Assembly: GCA_963768855.1 (NCBI GenBank)
Contig: CAVYJM010000017.1
Span: 1 to 64,000, forward strand
DNA length: 64,000 nt
Direction: 5' to 3'
From: an uncultured Thermoplasmata archaeon
GTDB lineage: Archaea > Thermoplasmatota > Thermoplasmata > RBG-16-68-12
The position numbers and the translations under genes were made by a program. Of this stretch, positions 56,090-64,000 are shown piece after piece. The first letter of the stretch is position 1; every line of letters starts with the position of its first letter. The notes under the pieces are model-generated. The model was not told where the DNA came from, did no database searches, and saw nothing but the letters and a program-made list of their open reading frames with translations.

Positions 56090-57031
56090 GTGAAGCGGGA
56101 CCAGCTCATCGACTCGGTGCGCGAGGTGCTCGCGAAGACGGGATTCTTCCTCTCCGAGCCGCACGGCGAGCGCGGGCTGTGCTTTGACTTCGTCGCCCGC
56201 CGGGACAACCTCCTCCTCATCGTGAAGGTCCTCCAGAACGTGGACGCGCTGAACAAGGCAACCGCCGAGGAGCTCAAGAACATCGCACGGAGCCTCCGGG
56301 GATCGCCCGTCGTCCTGGGCGATCGGACGGGGACGGGAACCCTCGAGACCGGCGTGATTTACAGCCGCTTCGACGTGCCGATCCTGTCCCGCAGGACGTT
56401 CCTCGACTTCTTCGAGGAGGGCGTCCCGCCCTTCATCTACTCCGCCCCGGGCGGGCTGTACGTCCGGCTCGACACGGAGACCCTGCGCAAGGTGCGGGAG
56501 CAGGGCCAGATGTCTCTCGGCGCGCTCGCCGAGATCGCGGGCGTCTCCCGGCGCACGATCCAGATGTACCTCGAGGGGATGTCCGCCTCGATCGACGTCG
56601 CCGCGCGCCTGGAGGCCTTCCTCCGGGAACCGCTCGTGCTCCCGATGAACCCGTTCGAGCTCATCGCGGCAAGCGAGAGCGTCACGCCTCCACCCGAGCA
56701 CTTGGAGGCGTTCGAGCGCGAGCTGTTCCAGCGACTCGAACGCCTGGGGTACACCGTCCTCCCGACCGTCCGCAGCCCGTTCGACGGGCTCACCCGACAC
56801 GCCGAGACGACCTACCTGACCGGCGTGGAGTCGGCCGACACGAAACTCGAGAAGAAGGCCACAATCGTCTCCAACATCGGGCGCGTCGTCGAGAAGGACG
56901 CGGTGATCTTCGTCGAGCATCGCACGATCCGCCTGACTATCAAAGGTCTCCCTGTGATTGCACGGGAAGAGCTCCGGAAGGTGAAGGACCGGGACGCGGT
57001 GGAGGACCTGATCGCCGAGAGGAAGGGCTGA
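56090..57031 (+). CDS. Archaeal conserved HTH transcriptional regulator (MJ1164/PRK04140-like)
   Basis: FDFVARR, LIVKVLQNVD, GVIYSRF, APGGLYVRLD, MSLGALAEIAGVSRRTIQMYLEG; TTTATATA box upstream. Confidence 0.85.
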   Translation: MKRDQLIDSVREVLAKTGFFLSEPHGERGLCFDFVARRDNLLLIVKVLQNVDALNKATAEELKNIARSLRGSPVVLGDRTGTGTLETGVIYSRFDVPILSRRTFLDFFEEGVPPFIYSAPGGLYVRLDTETLRKVREQGQMSLGALAEIAGVSRRTIQMYLEGMSASIDVAARLEAFLREPLVLPMNPFELIAASESVTPPPEHLEAFERELFQRLERLGYTVLPTVRSPFDGLTRHAETTYLTGVESADTKLEKKATIVSNIGRVVEKDAVIFVEHRTIRLTIKGLPVIAREELRKVKDRDAVEDLIAERKG

Positions 57032-57642
57032 TGGAGGAAATCCGCCTCGGCGAGGCGACGATCTCGGTCTTCCCTGCCGTGCGCGGACTCCCGAGCGACG
57101 GAGACGCAGTCGTCCAGGCGATTGACGCGCTCAACCCTGAGGTGGTCGCCCTGACCGTCTCCCCCGAGGAGCTCGACACGCTGCGCACCTACCAAGGCGG
57201 AAACCTCGAGCCGGATCGGACCGAGGACGAGGTCTACGTGGCCGGGCTGTCTGTCTGGGAGGAGCCCATCCTGCCGCCGCCGTGCTTCACCCGGGCGGTC
57301 GAGCGGGCGGCCGCGCGAGGGTTGCGCCTGGAGGCGCTCGACATGGACGAGGACGCGTACGCGAACGCGTACACGGAGTACGTCAGCACGATGGAGCTGA
57401 TCCTCCAGGGGCGGCTCGAGAACCGTCTCCTCAAGAAGAGGTTTCGGGTACGGACACCCCAGGAGTTCGCGGTTGCGTGGGACGCGGAGATCAACCGGAC
57501 CGTCGGCTTCGCGCGACTCCAGCGGGAGCGCGAGAAGTTCATCGCGTCGCGTCTTCGAACGCTCGCGGGGGGCGCAACTCGAGTCCTCGCGGTGGTCGAG
57601 GTGGAAAGGGTGAAAGGGGTGCTAGCCGCGGTGCGCGGTTAG
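57031..57642 (+). CDS. Conserved hypothetical protein (TraB/GumN-like fold, tentative)
   Basis: Coupled to the upstream stop; REREKFIASRL...VLAVVE..R..GV resembles a TraB C-terminus. Confidence 0.6.
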   Translation: MEEIRLGEATISVFPAVRGLPSDGDAVVQAIDALNPEVVALTVSPEELDTLRTYQGGNLEPDRTEDEVYVAGLSVWEEPILPPPCFTRAVERAAARGLRLEALDMDEDAYANAYTEYVSTMELILQGRLENRLLKKRFRVRTPQEFAVAWDAEINRTVGFARLQREREKFIASRLRTLAGGATRVLAVVEVERVKGVLAAVRG

Positions 57643-60600
57643 CGACCCATGTACTGCGAGTTCGTCGTGCTCCCGATCGCGAGGCTGTAGACCGGCGTGC
57701 CGAGGTTGTCGACCTGGACTGCGAAGGTCCAGGAGGTGCCTCCGCCCAGGTTCTCCCACAGGAACAGCCCGCCGCTGCTCGTGCCGATCACGACGTCGTC
57801 CCAGCCGTCCCCGTTCAGGTCGCCGACCCCGAAGGCCGTGATCGCGGAGCTCGGGCTGAAAGCGGGCAGGCCGTTTTGGATGACCGTGCTCGCCACGTCG
57901 CCGCGGACGATCCGCACGTTGGTCCCGAAGGCGATCGCGATGTTGAGCATGCCGTAGGCCGTCGAGAAGTTGCCCCACTTCACGCCGACGATGGCCGTGC
58001 CGCCGGTCGAGTACCAGGCGCCACTGCCTGCGAGGAGCCCGCCGGGGCTGCCCATGTACCGCCAGACGTTACCGTTGGTCGTCCCCGCGACGAGGTCGCT
58101 CGTCCCATCGCGGTTCGCGTCCTGGGCGTCGATCATGTTCACGTTCGACGTCGGACCCGGCAAGGTCACGCCCGTTGTCCCGGCGGGGGTGTTTGCCGTG
58201 ATCGTCATGTAGTCTATGAACAGGGTGTCCATGTTCGTGTCACCCACGATGCGGTTCGTGTCGAGGACGCGGACCCAGACCGTCAGTCCCGAGACGCTGG
58301 CCGGCATGGCGAACTGGTACTGGGGCGTGTCGCTGCCCGAGTTGACCGTGAACATGGTCGTGTACGTCCCCGTCGTCGGGTCGCTGCCGACCACGTTCGT
58401 CGAGTACGCAAACGTGAAGTTGTCGTAGTCCGGGGCCTGGTCGAAGCCCGCCTGGTGGCCGGTCATCTTGAACGTGAAGCTCGTCCCCGGCCGGGTCGGG
58501 AGGGTGGCCATCCGGTAGTATTGCTCCATCGCGCTCGTCGCCCCGGATTGCGAGGTCCAGCCCAGGACCACGTTGTCGAAGCCGCCGACGGATTGCGAGC
58601 CGCTCGCCAGGTAGGTCGCAGTACATCGCGACCTTGAGGTAGTAGGTCCCCGGGGTGCTGATGCGACCCGTGATCGTGAAATCGCTCACGGAGGTCCATC
58701 CGCGGGCGCTCGTGATCGCACCCGAGGTCCAGCACGACCCGGATCCGGAGGGGTTGCAGCCCGAGGGCACCAACGGAGGCGGGCCCGACGTCGTGTCGAC
58801 AAAGGCGTAGAAGGTCACCGCGCCGCCCGTCGCTCCAAATGCAGGTCAGCTCGTAGTTCAGGGAGATGTTCACCGTGAAGGGCGGCGATCCGGTGACCGT
58901 GAAGGGCTGGTACCAGTAGCCGGCGACGGCATTGTCCGCCGAGAACGGCGCCGTGATCTGCGCGAAGGCGTTCGGGTTGCCGCCGGTCGTGGGCGTCTGT
59001 CCCGTCGCGCCGTTGTAGGCCGGCGCGAAGGTCCAGCCCAGCGCGGAGTTGTCCATCGCCGCGTTCGGCGTCGTGCCCGTCTGGAGCGGGATGTTCAGCG
59101 GGACTTCCTTGATCGTCTCGTAGATCCCGTCCTGGGTGTACGTCGTCAGGTAGGTTCCGGAGGTCTTGTTGCCCAAGGCGGTCGACTCCGTGACCGCGAA
59201 CCAGTTGTCGGAGATCCCGGTGTTCTGGAATCGGCCGTAGCCGAGGTTCGGATACCACCGCAGGTAGCCGTTGTTGCCACCGACGGCGATGTCGCTCCAC
59301 CCATCTCCGTTGAAGTCGCCGACCGAGATGCTGTTGATCTGCTGGCCGGCTCCAGGCTGGTCCACGATGACGGTGGTCCAGTTCCCGTTGTTGGAGTAGT
59401 ACCAGACCCAGCCGTTCGTGCCGCCGCAGACGACCTCCGGCAGTCCGTCGCCGGTCAGGTCGCCGGTCGTGATGGCGGTGCAGACGGCTGCGGGCGTGTC
59501 ATGGAACACAGGTAGGTAGACGACCGCGCCGGACGCATCCACGGCTCGCCGGTACAGCTCGACGGAGTAGCCGGACTTGGCCTGGAAGCTCTCCGCGACG
59601 CCGAGGGTCCCGTCGTGCCAGAAGTCCCCGAAGGCGAGCGCGACGTCATTCGAGCTCGGGCAGGTGCTGCCCGTGCCCGACACGCCGGAGACCGAGGTGC
59701 CCGCATAGCAGTAGTCCACCCGGAGCTTCTTCCACAGGTCGAAGCCGTTGAAGTCCTGGTAGAAGTAGGCGTAGTCCTTCGTGCCCCAGGCGCTGTTCGT
59801 GCCTTCCGTGTTGCCCGTGATGATGTCCATCTTGTAGAGGGGGGCCTGGACCACGATCTGCGAGGACACGCTGGCGTAGGACTCATCCGTGTCCTTGATT
59901 GAGGCAATCGTCAGCGCGTAGTTCTGCGAACCCGCGACCCAGGGATCCTGGTTCACGCGCGCGAGATTGATCGCGAACCGGTAGCTCGTCGTGGCGCTAT
60001 CGCTCTGGATGGCGATGATGCTCGGGCTGCACGCCTGCCTCGGCGGGCAGATCGGCAGGTTGGAGTAGATGCCGTTCGTCGGCGCCCGGTTCAGCTCCTG
60101 GCCGCCGGCGAAGTCCTGGATCATCACATTGCCGAACAGCACCTGGCCGCTCGTGTACGTGCCGTTCAGGTTCACGGTGAGCATCTTGACCTCGACATAG
60201 ACGACAGCGGTGGACCGGAAGGTGCCGGACGGCTGCGTGAAGCCGGAGTCCGAGAAGGTCTGGATCGCCGGGAACACACGGAGCCCGCCCGAGTCCGCGG
60301 TGATGTTCACCGAGTCCGTCGTCGTGAACCGGTTGTTCGCGCTGTCCGTCAGGAGGACGGAGAGCGGGTAGCTCGCGAAGTAGTAGTACCGCGGGTACTG
60401 GGGTGGCGTCGTGTAGAAGTTCGTCCCCACGGACACGTCGTTGAGCTTGAACCGATACGTGTAGATGTAGTACCCGTTCACGAACTGGAAGAAGCTGAAG
60501 GCGGACGTGGTCGAGGGCTGGCTCGCGGAACCGACCGTCTTCGTCGCGCCGTACACGACGGACTGGGCCGGGTTCCCGCTGAACGGGTCGAACATGCTGA

Positions 60601-61729
60601 ACTGGTCAATCCCGAAGACGTTCTGCAGGGTCAGGCTGCCGACGACCAGGACGACCGTTTCAGCGCCCTTGAAGGTCCTCGTGGGGGCGGCGGCGTACCC
60701 GTACGTGTCCCACTGGGTCGCGTTGAAGATGTTGTACCCCTGGTTGCCGTTCCAGCGGAGGTTCGGCGGGCGGCCGCTCCCTCCGAGGCCACCGCCGTTG
60801 TTGTTCCCGCCCGCCGGGCCGGGAACCACATGGAGGGTCATGCGGGTGGTGCTCTGATGCTGTGCGCTGTCCGCCGCGCTGAACAGGACGATCGATCCGT
60901 CCATGCCCGCGACCGCGTTGCCGGTGCATGCGTTCGTGAAGAACGTGAAGATGCCGTCGTTGGCGGCCGCGTCCCCGTGCCCGCCCGAGGGCCCGTCATC
61001 GTACATCTTGCCCGCATTCACCGCGGGGGGGATGCAGGGGTTCCCCGTGCCGTAGTAGTACGTCATCGTAGCGGAGACCGAGTCCGGGTTCAAGTCAGCG
61101 TCCGGATCCATGACCTTGGCGAAGATGTAGAAGCCCGTGCCTGTCTGGACGTCCAAAGGGGTGCCGACGTTGTTGCGCGCGGCGTAGACATTGAGGAAGA
61201 TCGGAGGGCGGGAACCCGCGGGGGCCGTCAACTGGGAGGTCCACAGGACGAGGCTCCGCGTCAGGTCGACGATCGTCACCGTGATCTTGTCCGCCGAGCT
61301 CAGGTTCGAGGCGAAGTAGGTGAAGCGCTGGCCCACGCTCCAGGTCTGGCCGGAGCCATCCAGCAGCCCGTACGTCACGCCGGGGACGTACGTGCGCTTG
61401 GAAGCGAGGTGGATCACCGCGGTCGAAATCGCGCCGCTGGTCTTCTGGTCCGAGATGTACATGACCGTCGTGAGGGCGGGCATCGACTCGCCGCCCTGGT
61501 GGGTCATGTTGATCCAGTCGCCTTGCTCCTGCAGAGTGCCGAGCGCACCCCGCACGTACTGGGGGTTCAGGCTCGCGAGGATGTCGACGCGGGTCTGGGC
61601 GACGGGGGTCGGAATGGTCGAGACCCACAGGATGATCGTGGAGAACAGCACCACGGTCATCGCGAGGATTAGAATCGTGCCGACGACTTCCGAAACACCG
61701 GATTCCTCTTCACGCAGTACCATTTTCAT
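57639..61729 (-). CDS. Giant archaeal type IV pilin (~1360 aa) with FG-GAP repeats; two +1 frameshifts at ~58843 and ~58620
   Basis: Class III signal REEESG|VSEVVGTILILAMTVVLFSTII; joins ORFs 58463-61768, 58240-58818 and 57639-58571; GDxxxDG repeats; GGAGG RBS. Confidence 0.82.
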
Positions 61730-61777
61730 CGAGTGGCCTCCCGGTGGGCTAGGAGAACAGTCGGCCACGCGACCCCA

Positions 61778-61791
61778 CGCTATATAAAAGC
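61778..61791. promoter_or_regulatory. TATA box in the divergent pilin/STAND intergenic region
   Basis: TATATAAAAG, readable as a TATA box on either strand. Confidence 0.5.
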
Positions 61792-61858
61792 ATCGCGGTA
61801 GTTACCGTGCGCTGATAGCAGCGACCATTTCGGGCGAAAGATTTCCATCGGAACGGGG

Positions 61859-62965
61859 GTGCGTGCGCTCGTGATTCTCACGTCGGCGGAACGGGTCTTG
61901 GTCCACCTCCACGGACGGTGGAACGCGAAGGGTCCGAGCCGCGAGATGACGCAGGCCGGCATCGCGGACGGAGCGCACGTCCTGCGGAGCCACGTGCCGC
62001 GGACGCTGAAGCTACTCGCGGAGGAAGGCCTCGTCGAGGCGAGCGAGGCGAGGCTCCTCGGTCGGACGCGCAAGGCGACCGTGTATGCGCTCACGCCGTC
62101 GGGCGTGGCCCGGGCCCGCGAAATCCTCGAGGTCGCCGACGCGCGGACCGTCGAGGTGGACGGACGGAGCACGACGCTTGGAGAGGCCCGGAAGATCCTC
62201 GGGCTGACCCTCGTCGAAGCTCTCGCGTCCGTCGACGCCCGGGGCCGGCTCGCGGGCCACGCCCCGCCCGCGGAGGAGCGGACCCTCCTTCAGAGGGACG
62301 ACGAGCTCGCGTTCCTTCGGCGATGGCGGACCGGCGCGGCCCGGGTCGCCGCCGTATACGGGTCCAAGGGGATGGGGAAGACGGCCCTCGGCCGCGCGTT
62401 CGCGCGGACGGTCGACCGCGCGGCCTGGATGGATCTCCACCCGGAGGACACGCTCGAGAGCTTCGCGGCCGCGGTGGGCGAGGCGACCCACACCGAGGTC
62501 GACGACCCGCGGGATCCGGAGTCTGTGGCGAGGGCGATGGGCGCGGCCTTCGACACGGGGATCAGGCTCATGGTCCTCGACGGCTACGGGGACGTGCCGG
62601 AGGGCATCGTGGACGGGCTGCGCGCCTTCGTGCGCCTCCCGCCACCGGCCGCGGACCGGAAGCTCCTCGTGCTCGCCCAGGAGACGACCCCCGCATACTG
62701 CCGCTTCTACGGCGAGGACGAACGCCGGGCGGGGCTGGTCGTCGAGCGCCACCTCAAGGGGCTCGATCTGGACGGCTGCCGGGAGATGCTGGCGAATCCC
62801 GCCATCCCCGACGAGGACCTCCGCCGCATTTACCTCCTGACGAAGGGGTGTCCGCTGTACCTCCAGTACATCCGCGAGGGGGACGAATACGGCCTGCGGC
62901 AGAGCAGCCGGTTCACGAAGGCCGAGGTGCGGCTCCTCCTGTATTCCGGCGGGTCGGCGCGCTGA
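61859..62965 (+). CDS. wHTH + STAND-like P-loop NTPase lacking a C-terminal sensor
   Basis: MTQAGIADG..VLRSHVPRTLKLL wHTH; Walker A YGSKGMGKT; Walker B LMVLDG; TKGCPLYL GxP motif; stop ~35 aa later. Confidence 0.78.
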   Translation: MRALVILTSAERVLVHLHGRWNAKGPSREMTQAGIADGAHVLRSHVPRTLKLLAEEGLVEASEARLLGRTRKATVYALTPSGVARAREILEVADARTVEVDGRSTTLGEARKILGLTLVEALASVDARGRLAGHAPPAEERTLLQRDDELAFLRRWRTGAARVAAVYGSKGMGKTALGRAFARTVDRAAWMDLHPEDTLESFAAAVGEATHTEVDDPRDPESVARAMGAAFDTGIRLMVLDGYGDVPEGIVDGLRAFVRLPPPAADRKLLVLAQETTPAYCRFYGEDERRAGLVVERHLKGLDLDGCREMLANPAIPDEDLRRIYLLTKGCPLYLQYIREGDEYGLRQSSRFTKAEVRLLLYSGGSAR

Positions 62966-62974
62966 GGCCCCGGG

Positions 62975-63901
62975 TCAGGACGCGCCCCGGACCACGGGGG
63001 TCGGCACGACCTTTGCCGCGGAGGGCTTCCTCAGTACGTAGAGGACCTGGACGGCCTCCCCGTCCGCGTTCCGCACGGGGACGGCCAGGACGTCGCATGC
63101 GATCGTCAGGCCTTCGCGGGATCGCAGCTGGAGCCGGCGGGGGACCGGGGCGGGAGCCTCCGCGTCGCGTGTCCACGCGACCCCGGCCTCGGCCGAGGAG
63201 ATCGCGAAGAGCTCCTCCGCGCGACGTCCGCGGATCTCCGAGGACTGCCAGCCAAGCAGATTCTCCGCGGCACGATCCATCTCGAGGATCCGCAGGTCCG
63301 GGTCGAGGGCGATCACGCCGTCCGACAGGGAGCGGGCGAGGACCTCGAAGCGACGGCGCTCCAGCTCCAAGGACTCGATCCGGGAGGCACCGTCGAGCGC
63401 GACGGCGACCGAGGTCGCGATCCCCTGGATGACGTTGATTTCCTTCGAGGTGAAGTAGTGGCTCTGCGCCGAATGATCGAGCCACAGGACCCCGAGGACG
63501 CGACCGCGGCAGACGAGGGGCACCAGGAGGGCGGAATGGAGCCCGAGGCGCTTCACGACGGCGGGTGACAGCGTGGCGTCCTTCGAGTCCGGCTTGACGA
63601 GGACGGGGAGATGGAGGACCAGGAGCCGATGGGCGAGGCGCGGCATGTCGGCCTCGGCAATCCGCAGGCCGTCGAAGGGGCTGCCGGGCGCCCCAGGGCC
63701 GAACCAGACCGTCGCGCGGAACTCCCGTGCGTTCTCGTCGAAGCTGAGCACGGCGCACCGGTCCACGCGGACGAGGCTCGGCGCGATGCGGACGACGGAC
63801 TCGAGCATCTCGCGAGTGTCGGTCAGGTCCCCGACCATCTCCGCGATGCCGAGGAGGGCCGCCAGGATCTGGGTCTCTCCGATCTCTTCCGGGAAGGACA
63901 C
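62975..63901 (-). CDS. GAF + PAS sensor protein with no output domain
   Basis: VDRCAVL, SALLVPLVCRGRVLGVLWLDH...FTSKEINVIQGIA GAF; LSDGVIALDPDLRILEMDRAAENLLGW..EIRG PAS; start uncertain. Confidence 0.82.
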   Translation of the reverse strand: MSFPEEIGETQILAALLGIAEMVGDLTDTREMLESVVRIAPSLVRVDRCAVLSFDENAREFRATVWFGPGAPGSPFDGLRIAEADMPRLAHRLLVLHLPVLVKPDSKDATLSPAVVKRLGLHSALLVPLVCRGRVLGVLWLDHSAQSHYFTSKEINVIQGIATSVAVALDGASRIESLELERRRFEVLARSLSDGVIALDPDLRILEMDRAAENLLGWQSSEIRGRRAEELFAISSAEAGVAWTRDAEAPAPVPRRLQLRSREGLTIACDVLAVPVRNADGEAVQVLYVLRKPSAAKVVPTPVVRGAS

Positions 63902-64000
63902 GGTGGGCGGCGAAGGCGAAGTCCGCGGTAAAGAAGGTTTCCGGCTTGTTATCAAGTCGCAGGACGGGCGCGAAACGCCTTTACGCCGGAGGGGCATGGC

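Noticed and set aside
58600-58860. Programmed ribosomal frameshifting in the pilin
   Set aside because: No slippery heptamer or stimulatory structure seen; similar indels occur throughout the window
1-64000. CRISPR array or cas genes
   Set aside because: No run of equal-length direct repeats with unique spacers; the repeats found are dispersed palindromes or short tandem units
1-64000. tRNA or rRNA genes
   Set aside because: No cloverleaf with T-loop GTTCRA or rRNA-like stretch recognised by eye in any intergenic region; a tRNAscan/Infernal run would be needed to exclude them fully
21682-64000. Many long Arg/Gly/Pro-rich overlapping ORFs (e.g. 47020-48402, 48359-50839, 40314-42785, 61918-63432)
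   Set aside because: Alternative-frame or antisense shadows of real genes in high-GC DNA; no recognisable motifs

Overview
The window looks like two unrelated genomes joined end to end near 21660. Two genes are cut at their 5' ends at that same point, and the sequence becomes visibly more GC-rich to the right. Left part (1-~21660): an anaerobic bacterium, Desulfobacterota/deltaproteobacterial-like by gene content. It carries an IS110 element with a structured non-coding end (candidate bridge RNA), type II dehydroquinate synthase, LarE, a GldAFG-like ABC/DUF4340/HtrA operon, an aldehyde:ferredoxin oxidoreductase, a Tat-less NpRdhA-like reductive dehalogenase, a Tat-signal HIRAN protein and several families of intergenic REP or heptamer palindromes. 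Right part (~21661-64000): a high-GC archaeon, Thermoplasmata-like, with priL, tfb, gar1, endA, truA, trmJ, archaeal gap and a coaD-yjjX fusion. Its three most unusual loci are: (i) an oligopeptide ABC operon in which four of five subunits carry large extra domains (1610-aa binding protein on an Ig-like stalk, ~490-aa insert in OppC, inserts in OppB and OppD); (ii) a ~1360-aa giant type IV pilin carrying FG-GAP repeats, divergent from a sensor-less STAND-like regulator; (iii) a copper/redox locus with a zinc-finger-TM-cupredoxin, CcdA and a long palindromic operator. About ten single-base frameshifts in otherwise intact genes look like read errors. All family assignments come from motif recognition by eye; no database searches were run.
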